Shown here: piece after piece, positions 28,792-36,415 of the stretch
Numbering within the stretch: the first letter of the stretch is position 1
Layout of the letters: each line of letters starts with the position of its first letter
Assembly (NCBI GenBank): GCA_026713825.1
Contig: JAPONS010000108.1
Coordinates: 7,585-71,584 of the forward strand
Origin: Chloroflexota bacterium
GTDB lineage: Bacteria > Chloroflexota > Dehalococcoidia > Lucifugimonadales > UBA1127
Reading direction: 5' to 3'
DNA: 64,000 nt
Notes under the pieces: model-generated
What the model was told of the DNA's origin: nothing
Databases searched by the model: none
What the model saw: only the letters and a program-made list of their open reading frames with translations
Program-made: the position numbers and the translations under genes

Positions 28792-29958
28792 TCACGCCCC
28801 CGCCGACAACCCTTGCAGTGGAAACCCCTCCCGCCGCAGATCCTCGACGCTTGCTCTTGCGTAGTCCTGCACCCGCGCCGACACCTCCGGCGGCAGTTGC
28901 GCCTGCTCCGGGTCGTCGAGGCGATCTACGCCGTGGGTATGCGCAAAGGCGGGCGGGGCTGTGTCCGGCCACTCTTGGCCGAGCATGACGCCGTAGGCGC
29001 GGGTCCAGGCGCGCATTACTGCGCCGATGTCGTAGCCTCCACCCCCGAGCGCAAGCCAGCGCCCGGGTGATAGCCCGGCCAGTTCCCGGACCACCTGCGT
29101 GTACCCCTGCACCGTCAGGCGGAGGTGGGTGATGGGGTCCAGGACGTGCGTGTCTATGCCGAGCTGGGTAACCAGGACGTCCGGCTTGAAGGCTTGCACC
29201 ATTGGGGGCACCACCTCACGGAAGGCCCACAGGTAGGTCTCATCGTTCGTGTAGGGGAAGAGGGGGACGTTCACGGCGTAGCCGCGGCCCGCCCCTGTGC
29301 CTATCTCGTTGGTGAAGCCGGTGCCCGGGAAGAGGAACTCGCCGGACTCGTGGAAGGAGATGGTGAGCACCTGGTCTGTGTCGAAGAAGCCCACCTGGAC
29401 GCCGTCGCCGTGGTGACAGTCTATGTCCACGTAGGCGACGCGCGCCCCCGCCGCGACCATGTGCCTGATGGCGATGACCGGGTCGTCGAAGATGCAGAAG
29501 CCTGACGCGTGGCCGGGCATGGCGTGGTGCAGGCCGCCGGAGAAGTTCACTGCCGCCGAGCACCGGCCGCTCAGGAGTTCCTCCGCCGCCGTGAGCGACG
29601 CCCCCGTCGTCCAGAGGGCGGCGTCGTACATGCCCTGGTAGACGGGGTTGTCTCCCATGCCGCCCGCGGCGAAGTTGAAGAGGGCCGCCTCCTCCAGCCG
29701 CTCTCCGCGGCTTAGGGCCGCCACAGCCTCCACATACGCGGGCGAGTGGTAGGTGTGCACCTCCTCGACGCGGGCCTGCCGCGGCTCCATGAGCGACGCA
29801 TTGGCCAGCGTGAACGCTCCGAGCGCCTCCAGGAGCTCGTAGGTGTGGCGGAGGCGGTAGGGGCGGAAGACGTGGGTCTCGCTGAGGACGTGGCGCGTCA
29901 GCCGGTCGTGGTAGACGAAGGCTGCGGTGCGCGCGTCGTCGGGCGGGGGCAGGCTCAT
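28792..29958 (-). CDS. histone deacetylase-family enzyme (AcuC/acetoin-utilisation-like deacetylase)
   Basis: …GGLHHAMPGHASGFCIFDDPVIAI…YVDIDCHHGDGVQ…SFHESG… are the Zn-site and active-site motifs. Start set to the ATG at 29958 (MSLPPPDD…). The track start at 30114 would overlap the tRNA gene. Confidence 0.85.
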   Translation of the reverse strand: MSLPPPDDARTAAFVYHDRLTRHVLSETHVFRPYRLRHTYELLEALGAFTLANASLMEPRQARVEEVHTYHSPAYVEAVAALSRGERLEEAALFNFAAGGMGDNPVYQGMYDAALWTTGASLTAAEELLSGRCSAAVNFSGGLHHAMPGHASGFCIFDDPVIAIRHMVAAGARVAYVDIDCHHGDGVQVGFFDTDQVLTISFHESGEFLFPGTGFTNEIGTGAGRGYAVNVPLFPYTNDETYLWAFREVVPPMVQAFKPDVLVTQLGIDTHVLDPITHLRLTVQGYTQVVRELAGLSPGRWLALGGGGYDIGAVMRAWTRAYGVMLGQEWPDTAPPAFAHTHGVDRLDDPEQAQLPPEVSARVQDYARASVEDLRREGFPLQGLSAGA

Positions 29959-30072
29959 GGCGCGGAGGATACGCGGCCCGCCGACGTACGCGCAAGGGCG
30001 CCGCGTCAGTGGACGGTTGGGGTCAGGAGGGTGTATAGTACATGTTGACCCCTCACCACTGAGGGCTACCGT

Positions 30073-30147
30073 CGCGGGGTGGAGCAGCGGCAGCTCGTTG
30101 GGCTCATAACCCAAAGGTCGGAGGTTCGAATCCTCCCCCCGCTACCA
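30073..30147 (+). tRNA. tRNA-Met (CAT), initiator type
   Basis: Manual cloverleaf: acceptor CGCGGGG/CCCCGCT, D arm GAGC-AGCGGCA-GCTC, anticodon arm TTGGG-CTCATAA-CCCAA, variable AGGTC, T arm GGAGG-TTCGAAT-CCTCC, then A and encoded CCA. Initiator hallmarks are three G:C pairs closing the anticodon stem, A11:U24 and an unpaired 1:72 (C1/U72). Confidence 0.9.
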
Positions 30148-30160
30148 ACAGGCCACCACA

Positions 30161-30196
30161 GGAAGCGCCCCTCGCACGAGGGGCGCTTCCTTTTTG
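30161..30196 (+). terminator. rho-independent terminator after the tRNA
   Basis: ggaagcgcccctcg-ca-cgaggggcgcttcc, a 14-bp perfect stem, followed by TTTTTG. Confidence 0.8.
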
Positions 30197-30217
30197 TCCA
30201 TGCTCGGACGCGGACTA

Positions 30218-31369
30218 CTAGCCCCAAAGCTCTGCGCTTGCGATGCGGGCGCCCTCTGACATTGCCCTGAACTTCTCCCAGCACACCTTTGCGTGGCCGA
30301 CCCGCGAACCGATGCCGCAGTCCGTGCCGGCCATGAGGCTCTCCTTGCCGACGACGTCCGCGTAGCGCAGCAGCCGCTGGGCTACGAGCTGCGGGTGCTC
30401 GATGAAGTCGCTGGCATGGCCGATGACGCCGGGGATGAGAACCTTGCCGTCGGGCAGCTTGATGTCGCGCCATACCGCCCACTCGTGCTCGTGCGCGGGG
30501 TTGGAGGCCTCGATGGAGTAGCCGACGGACTTCACTTTCAGGATCAGGTCCGCGATGTCGGCCAGCGGAATGTCGTACATGTGCGGCCCCTTGTAGCTCC
30601 CCCAGCACGTGTGAAAGCGGACCTTCTCCTCAGGGATGTCGCCGATGGCGTGGTTCAAGGCCTCAATGCGGAGGTTGGCGAACTTCCTGTATTCCTCGAC
30701 GCTCATGCCGGGGTTCATTTGCCAGCCGTCGGGCAGGTCCGGGTCGTCGATCTGCAGCAGGAAGCCGGCGTCGACGATGGCTTTGTACTCCTCATGCAGC
30801 GCGTCGGCAAGCGCGAAGAGGAATGCCTCGTCCGAGGGGTAGTACTCGTTGGCGAGCCAGTGCTCGACGGTCCCGGGTGTGACGGCGGGCAGAAAGGCTT
30901 CCTCCGGCGTGTGGCCCTGCAGCCCGGCGTTGAAATTGTCAATGTCCGCCTGAATTCCCGCCTGTCCCGTGTAGGTGATGGGCCCGACGACGAAGAAGGA
31001 TGGGTTGGAGCCAGCGCCTGTGAAGCCCCCTCGCTGTGCGAAGTAGCCCGAGAACTCCTGCATGTCCCGACCGTTTATGCCGGGAGGCGCCGGGCCGTCC
31101 TTCGGCGTGCGCCGCTCAATGCCGCCCATGCGCTCGCCGATGTAGCTGGTGAACGTGACCTTGCTCACCTCACCGTCGTTGACGCTGTCGATGCCCGTCT
31201 CAATCTGCAGACCCACGTTCTCCGCGATGACAGAGCGGATCGTATCGGTCATCGCCGGCTCGTTCACCGGTTCTCCGCGGCTCTTGGCCACGACCATGTC
31301 AAGGAGCTCGCGCGGCCTTGGCAGGGTACCGGCGTGCATCGTTCGGATGTGGTCTGTGCTACGGATCAT
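30218..31369 (-). CDS. cobalamin-independent methionine-synthase-like (MetE C-terminal/UROD-fold, COG0620) protein, paralog 1
   Basis: Start at MIRSTDHIRTMHAGTLPRP with RBS gaggagg. …RFHTCWGSYKGPH…GYSIEASNPAHEHEW…AGTDCGIG… carries Zn-ligand-like His/Cys. 383 aa. Confidence 0.7.
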   Translation of the reverse strand: MIRSTDHIRTMHAGTLPRPRELLDMVVAKSRGEPVNEPAMTDTIRSVIAENVGLQIETGIDSVNDGEVSKVTFTSYIGERMGGIERRTPKDGPAPPGINGRDMQEFSGYFAQRGGFTGAGSNPSFFVVGPITYTGQAGIQADIDNFNAGLQGHTPEEAFLPAVTPGTVEHWLANEYYPSDEAFLFALADALHEEYKAIVDAGFLLQIDDPDLPDGWQMNPGMSVEEYRKFANLRIEALNHAIGDIPEEKVRFHTCWGSYKGPHMYDIPLADIADLILKVKSVGYSIEASNPAHEHEWAVWRDIKLPDGKVLIPGVIGHASDFIEHPQLVAQRLLRYADVVGKESLMAGTDCGIGSRVGHAKVCWEKFRAMSEGARIASAELWG

Positions 31370-31442
31370 GGCTCCTCCTCTATGGCGCAAATCCAGCGTC
31401 TACGCGGCTGGAAATGCCTGGCTGCCCTGCAGTGGCCCGGTC

Positions 31443-32594
31443 CTAGCCCCAGAGCTCCGCGCTTGCGATGCGGGCGCCCTCAGACATTGCCTTGAACTTC
31501 TCCCAGCACACCTTGGCATGGCCCACGCGGGCGCCGATGCCGCAGTCCGTGCCGGCCATGATGTTCTCCTTGCCCACGACGTCGGCGTAGCGCAGCAGCC
31601 GCTGCGCCACGAGCTGCGGGTGCTCGATGAAGTCACAGGCGTGGCCGATGACGCCGGGGATGAGCACCTTGCCGTCGGGCAGCTTCACGTCGCGCCACAC
31701 CGTCCACTCGTGCTCGTGCGCGGGGTTGGAGGCCTCGATGGAGTAGCCGACTGCCTTCACCTTCAGGATGAGGTCAACGATGTCCACCAAGGGGATGTCG
31801 TGCTTGTGGGGCCCCTTGTAGCTGCCCCAGCAGGTGTGGAAGCGGACTTTCTCCTCCGGGATGTCGCCGATGGCGTGGTTCAGCGCGTCTATCCGCAACT
31901 CGGCGAACTTCTTGTATTCCGGGACGGTCATGTCCGGGAACATCTGCCAGGCGTCGGGCAGGTCGGGATCGTCGATCTGGAGCAGGAAGCCCGCGTCGAC
32001 GATGGCCTTGTACTCCTCATGCAGGACGTCGGCGAGGGCGTAGAGGTAGGCCTCGTCCGTGGGGTAGTACTCGTTGGCGAGCCAGTGCTCGACGGTGCCG
32101 GGAGTAACCGCCGGCAGGAAGGTCTCCTCCGGCGAGTAGCCCTCTAGCGCCGCATTGAAGTTGTCGATGTCCGTCTGAATGGCGGCCTGACCCGTGTACG
32201 TGAGCGGCCCAACCACGAAGACCGAGGGGTTGGAACCGGCCCCGGTGAAACCGGGCTTGCCATCGAAGTAACCAGGGAAATCGATTTCGTCGCGCCCATT
32301 GACACCTGGAGGCGCAGGGCCATCCGCAGGCTTTCGTTGCTCTATTCCGCCCAGGCGCTCTCCGATGTAGTGGGTGAAGCTGAACTTGTGCACCTCGCCG
32401 TCGTTGATGCTGTCGATGCCGGTCTCGATCTGCAGGCCCACGTTCTCGCGGATGACGTCCCTGACCAGGCTGGTCAGAGCAGCCTCGTCCACAGGTTGGC
32501 CTATCATCTTGGAGAAGGTCATGTTGAAGAGCTCCTGCGGCCTGGGCAGGGTGCCTGCGTGCATAACGCGAATGCGGTCTGTGCTTCTGATCAT
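31443..32594 (-). CDS. MetE-like (COG0620) protein, paralog 2
   Basis: Start at MIRSTDRIRVMHAGTLPRP with RBS ggagg. Collinear with 30218..31369 at about four-fifths amino-acid identity by eye, with long identical nucleotide runs near the 3' ends. Confidence 0.7.
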   Translation of the reverse strand: MIRSTDRIRVMHAGTLPRPQELFNMTFSKMIGQPVDEAALTSLVRDVIRENVGLQIETGIDSINDGEVHKFSFTHYIGERLGGIEQRKPADGPAPPGVNGRDEIDFPGYFDGKPGFTGAGSNPSVFVVGPLTYTGQAAIQTDIDNFNAALEGYSPEETFLPAVTPGTVEHWLANEYYPTDEAYLYALADVLHEEYKAIVDAGFLLQIDDPDLPDAWQMFPDMTVPEYKKFAELRIDALNHAIGDIPEEKVRFHTCWGSYKGPHKHDIPLVDIVDLILKVKAVGYSIEASNPAHEHEWTVWRDVKLPDGKVLIPGVIGHACDFIEHPQLVAQRLLRYADVVGKENIMAGTDCGIGARVGHAKVCWEKFKAMSEGARIASAELWG

Positions 32595-32735
32595 GTTGTC
32601 CTCCGCAGTGGGCACAGGCCCACCTTTGGTGTATTCCCTGTGCCCCATGAAAGTACATCGGCGTAACTGCCGCCGCAAGCCCACACTGGGAATAGTGAGT
32701 ATCCGTATCAGAGCAACGCAGGCCGTCGCCCGCCC

Positions 32736-33176
32736 TCACCATTCCCGGCCCACTCCGCTGTTCTCGTTGGCGATAATGCGGAGCTTGCTGACAAAGTTGT
32801 CGGCGCCCCAGTTGGGAAGCCGCCACAGCGTCTGCTCCGACTCAGGAATGCGCGGCGAGACGACCTGATGCCCCACGAGTTTGCCCTTCGCCCCCATCAC
32901 CAGCGCGGCCAGCCCAGCGATTATGGCAAGCCACGCGGTGAAGGGCGCCCAGGTCAGCGTCAGAATCGCGCCGCTCACCACCAAGACCACGCCGATCACC
33001 ATGATGCGGTGGTCGGTCACGTGGACACGCTCCACCGCCGTCATGCCGATGCGCGAGATCTCGCGGAAGACGCCGTCCGCATCGTCGTTGCGCAGCAGCC
33101 GATGGTTGGTCAGGTAGAACGGCGGGTGCTGCAACTCTATGCGCTCGCCGTCATGCAGATGTTCGTGGACGCTCAT
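32736..33176 (-). CDS. hypothetical membrane protein (N-terminal PH-like segment plus two TM helices)
   Basis: 146 aa. …FYLTNHRLLR… followed by IMVIGVVLVVSGAILTLTWAPFTAWLAIIAGLAALVMG. No confident family. Confidence 0.4.
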   Translation of the reverse strand: MSVHEHLHDGERIELQHPPFYLTNHRLLRNDDADGVFREISRIGMTAVERVHVTDHRIMVIGVVLVVSGAILTLTWAPFTAWLAIIAGLAALVMGAKGKLVGHQVVSPRIPESEQTLWRLPNWGADNFVSKLRIIANENSGVGREW

Positions 33177-33206
33177 TCTTGCCTCTCGCCAATTGCGGTC
33201 CTTCAG

Positions 33207-33593
33207 CTAGTCGGGAATGCAGGCGGTGACCATGATCTCCACCACCAGGTCGGCGCCCATCAGCGTGGACTGCACCGTTGCGCGGGCGGGCTTGTCCTGG
33301 GTGAAATACTCGTTGTAGACCTCGTTGAAGGCGGCGAAATCGCCGGCGTCCTTGAGCCAGCACGTCGCGGTGAGCACGTTGTCGAGCGACGTGCCCGCCT
33401 CCTCGAGGCAGATCTTGATGCGCTCCAGCACGTTGCGGGTCTGCTCCCGGACGTCGGCGCCGACCTCTCCCGTCGCAGGGTTGCGCCCGGTCTGCCCGGA
33501 CACGTACACCATGTTGCCGAACCGGGTGGCGGGGGACAGGCTGGGGTTTCCGCGCCCCAGGGCCTCTGGCGCGATGATCTCCTTCTGCGGCAT
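33207..33593 (-). CDS. ridA: RidA family protein (YjgF/YER057c/UK114)
   Basis: 128 aa. …GNMVYVSGQTGRNPATGEV…QTRNVLERIKICLEEAGTSLDNVL…ARATVQ… are typical RidA motifs. Confidence 0.85.
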   Translation of the reverse strand: MPQKEIIAPEALGRGNPSLSPATRFGNMVYVSGQTGRNPATGEVGADVREQTRNVLERIKICLEEAGTSLDNVLTATCWLKDAGDFAAFNEVYNEYFTQDKPARATVQSTLMGADLVVEIMVTACIPD

Positions 33594-33727
33594 TGCTCTC
33601 CTCCTTGCGCTGCTCCCGGAACCGTACCCGCTCTACGGGGAGGGCGCAAGTGGACTCGCTCGGAGGACGCGTCGAGATGGGGGCATTGGAATGGATTCGT
33701 CCTGGCGGCGGCAGATAGGGGAGAGGA

Positions 33728-33777
33728 GGTTGTTCCTGCTTCGTTTTGAAGGGAATGTGTCGCATTTCAGCTACAAG
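33728..33777 (+). repeat. partial or degenerate copy (D) of the hairpin element seen at 11584/11721
   Basis: aatgtgtcgcatttcaGCTACAAg (33754-33777) matches the loop plus 3' arm of copies A and B. The 5' arm is degenerate. Confidence 0.45.
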
Positions 33778-33912
33778 CCCATTGAAAAGGTTTTTTGGGG
33801 GCAGCATCCTCCCGACTTTGGGGGCCGCAGCAATGGCGGCAGTCGATGCGGATCTTGACGGCGCGGTCTCGTGCAGCCAGGAGTGGATGCGGCCCAAAAC
33901 AACCGTGCTCGC

Positions 33913-34008
33913 CTTGTAGCTAACTCGGCACATTTCAGCTACAACGCGAGTAATTTTCTTCAGCAGCACTTCCGGCGGAAGCGATGAAGTGGAGATACAC
34001 TGTTGGGG
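33913..34008 (-). repeat. copy C of the hairpin element, opposite orientation
   Basis: cTTGTAGCtaactcggcacatttcaGCTACAAcgcgagtaattttcttc…ctgttgg aligns with the reverse complement of copy A (tTTGTAGCtgatgcggcacattttgGCTACAAcacgaatgagaaaatctc…ctgttgg). Confidence 0.55.
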
Positions 34009-34116
34009 GAGCACGAGTCCGTCAAACATGAGGAAAGGGTATAGGCAGTTCATGGTTACGGGCAAAGGGTCTGTGTCATGGGTGACTCTTTGGCAGGCCC
34101 GGGGCGAAATGCCCGT

Positions 34117-34146
34117 TTGACAGCCCTTCTGAGAGGCCCCTACAAT
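34117..34146 (+). promoter_or_regulatory. sigma70-like promoter upstream of the DinB-family gene
   Basis: TTGACA (34117-34122), 18 nt, TACAAT (34141-34146). Confidence 0.5.
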
Positions 34147-34233
34147 CCCGATGCTTTCCCAAACCGCGAGCGCCAGGCCCAACTTGCGGCCTGAGGGCCG
34201 CGGGGCACAGACCATCGGCAACGGAGGCGATAC

Positions 34234-34761
34234 ATGGAAGCCACTGAACTCGTCAGCGATTCCCTGGGCAGGATTCAGAACGCCATCCGGCGGGTGCTGA
34301 ACGATCTCCCGGATGAGCACCTTTACTACCGGCCGACGGCGGACGCGAACCCCATCTGCTGGCTCATCTGGCACCTGACCCGGGTGCAGGACCACCACAT
34401 GTCCGACCTGCTGGGCAAGGAGCAGCTCTGGACGGCGGACGGTTGGCACGCCAAGTTCGGGCAGGCCGCGGACATCAGCAACACGGGCACGCGCCACACC
34501 ATCGAGCAGGTGGAGTCCATCCGCGCCGACGCCGAGACGCTGCAGGGCTACTACGACGCGGTCTACGAGCGCTCCAAGGAGGTCCTCGGGTCGCTGTCGG
34601 CGGAGGACCTGGAGAAGGAGATCAACGAGCCGCAGTACACGCCGCTGCCGACCATCGGCGTGCGGCTGGCGAGCATCATCAGCGACAACACGCAGCACGC
34701 GGGGCAGGCGATGTACGTCCGCGGGCTGATCCAGGGTCTCGGCTGGAGCGGGGGGCCGTAG
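34234..34761 (+). CDS. DinB-family (DinB_2) metal-dependent four-helix-bundle protein
   Basis: 175 aa. …LYYRPTADANPICWLIWHLTRVQDHHM…NTQHAGQAMYVRG has the conserved His triad pattern. Confidence 0.75.
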   Translation: MEATELVSDSLGRIQNAIRRVLNDLPDEHLYYRPTADANPICWLIWHLTRVQDHHMSDLLGKEQLWTADGWHAKFGQAADISNTGTRHTIEQVESIRADAETLQGYYDAVYERSKEVLGSLSAEDLEKEINEPQYTPLPTIGVRLASIISDNTQHAGQAMYVRGLIQGLGWSGGP

Positions 34762-34767
34762 GGCCGC

Positions 34768-35370
34768 ATGTTCCCGCTTGACGAAAAGTACTACGTGCTG
34801 GGGTTCGACCCCGGCGGGCCTGACGGCTTTGGGTGGAGCATCTGCGAGGTCTTCGGCGACATCGTGCTCCCCGCACGGGGCGGCGCCGGCCACCACGTGG
34901 CCGAGGTCATGGGCAAGGTCATCAACTACATCCACGACCAGGCGAACATCCTCGGCATAGGCATCGCGGCGCCGCTGTTCTGGGCGCCCACGGGCACGCG
35001 GCGCGTCGACGGCATCGTTCGCGACGCGCTGGCGTCGAGCGGGCACCCCGACCCGGCAGGGGCGGCGCCGGAGATCGGCGACGCGAGCGGCGAGCGGCTG
35101 GTGCAGGGGCACCTGCTGGCGGCCGACATCTGGCAGCACTACCAGATACCCATCACCGAGGTGAACCCCAAGGCGCTGCTATGGCTGCTCGACGCGGAGA
35201 CGAAGCGCGACCAGGAGATCAACGAGGGCTCGCCGGACGCGGTGGTAGCGGCGTTCGCGGGGTACTGCATGCACGAGCGGCTGCCGGGGTGGCGCAACAT
35301 CTACCTGGACGAGCCGAACCCGATCCTGCCGCTGGACACGCCGGTCAGCTACTGGATGCCTGTGCGGTAG
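34768..35370 (+). CDS. hypothetical protein, possibly RNase H-fold (DUF429-like)
   Basis: 200 aa. YVLGFDPGGPDGFGWSI… resembles the first strand and Asp of RuvC/RNase H-like folds. Assignment is tentative. Confidence 0.35.
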   Translation: MFPLDEKYYVLGFDPGGPDGFGWSICEVFGDIVLPARGGAGHHVAEVMGKVINYIHDQANILGIGIAAPLFWAPTGTRRVDGIVRDALASSGHPDPAGAAPEIGDASGERLVQGHLLAADIWQHYQIPITEVNPKALLWLLDAETKRDQEINEGSPDAVVAAFAGYCMHERLPGWRNIYLDEPNPILPLDTPVSYWMPVR

Positions 35371-35371
35371 G

Positions 35372-35815
35372 TTAGCCGCCGGGCCGCGCCGCCGTTCTGT
35401 CCGCCTGCCTCACGGTGAAGGAGATCTCGCCTTCCTGATGGTCGTAGACCATGCGCCACCGCTGCAGGATGTCCCGGCCAAGGACGGAGGGGAGGCCTTG
35501 CGTGTTGGATGGGTCGGGGATGAGTAGTCCCAAACGGTAAACATAGTAGGTCGGGCCGTCCACAAAAGCCAGGATCCCCTCAACCTAGTAGGCCTGCTGA
35601 CTTCCTCCGAATCCCCTTGTGGCTACACGAGGCGATGAGGACAGCGAACTCAAGTCGGCTTTGAGGTTGGTCAAGTCCCTATGCAGGACACAGGTAGAGT
35701 CTGCGCCGGTGTCCACTACAAACCTTACACGGCCCTGGACGGAAAATTCGGGAATGCTCAGAATGCCTTGGAGGCGCAACTCACCGGTTACCGGGTGAAT
35801 GCCTCCCGTCAGCAC
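35372..35815 (-). pseudogene. retropepsin-like (clan AA) aspartic protease interrupted by one in-frame TAG
   Basis: Track ORFs 35585..35815 (…RFVVDTGADSTCVL…, the DTGA active-site motif) and 35372..35563 (…LGRDILQRWRMVYD…) are in the same frame. They are separated only by the TAG at 35587-35585 plus 7 sense codons. Joined length is about 147 aa, a normal single-domain retropepsin size. Confidence 0.6.
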
Positions 35816-36117
35816 TACAGAGACCCAGCGGCCAGGATGAGAATCGGCGGGTCAGGATCCAAGTGCTCGTAGACAGCGTTGTTCCGGCGCAGCCCCTGCT
35901 GATCCATGCAGCGCAACAATTCCGCATGGCTATCCGCAAACACCCACACATCACCTTCCGCCAAGGCAACCCACTGGTTGGGCCGTTCCTTGATCAGCTC
36001 AATGATCCGGCTGTACAAAAGCATATGCCGACGGTCGAAGTCGTCGCCGTCCCGGAACATCTGCTCAATGCCGCCGAAGGCTTCTATTGCTTCGTCGAAG
36101 ATGTCTTTTTTCGCCAT
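35815..36117 (-). CDS. small hypothetical protein (DUF5678-like, tentative), translationally coupled to the protease gene
   Basis: 100 aa. …RPNQWVALAEGDVWVFADSHAELLRCM… Its TAG stop overlaps the GTG start of the protease ORF (TAGTG). Confidence 0.45.
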   Translation of the reverse strand: MAKKDIFDEAIEAFGGIEQMFRDGDDFDRRHMLLYSRIIELIKERPNQWVALAEGDVWVFADSHAELLRCMDQQGLRRNNAVYEHLDPDPPILILAAGSL

Positions 36118-36136
36118 GATTGCCTCCCTTAGGCAA

Positions 36137-36412
36137 CTATAGCACGCCGCCCGCGATGGAGGGGAGGTAGTGGACCTCGTCGTCCTCGCCGACGGGCTCG
36201 TGGAGGGCGTAGCCGACGGAGATGCCGTTGATGACGACGGTTACACCCGCTCGGATGCGGTCGCGTTCGTCGTCGACGAGGCGCTCCCAGAAGCCGGGGT
36301 GGGCAGCGTCGAGGTTGCGGGTCCCCTGCCGCACCGTGGCCCCGGGGACGACGACAGTCTGCGCGCCGCCCGCGAGGTCACGGTACGGACTGGGTATCCA
36401 TACTGTTGCCAC
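36137..36412 (-). CDS. MoaD/ThiS-family ubiquitin-like sulfur-carrier protein
   Basis: 91 aa, beta-grasp-like. The C-terminus is …YLPSIAGGVL, a GG followed by two extra residues. Lies immediately downstream of the molybdoenzyme operon. Confidence 0.6.
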   Translation of the reverse strand: MATVWIPSPYRDLAGGAQTVVVPGATVRQGTRNLDAAHPGFWERLVDDERDRIRAGVTVVINGISVGYALHEPVGEDDEVHYLPSIAGGVL

Positions 36413-36415
36413 TGA

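Noticed and set aside
30045-30072. Possible tRNA promoter (TTGACC … TACCGT) just upstream of tRNA-Met
   Set aside because: The putative -10 ends at the first base of the mature tRNA, leaving no room for a transcription start and 5' leader. The geometry is implausible.
29959-30114. N-terminal extension of the HDAC-family ORF
   Set aside because: It would run antisense across the tRNA-Met gene (30073-30147). The ATG at 29958 gives a normal-length deacetylase.
33151-35139. 662-aa minus-strand ORF spanning ridA, the long intergenic region and the DinB and DUF429-like genes
   Set aside because: It runs through non-coding repeats (translating them as …VVAEMCRVSYK…) and antisense to good plus-strand genes. 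Its composition is Arg/Pro/Ala-biased and it has no family signature.
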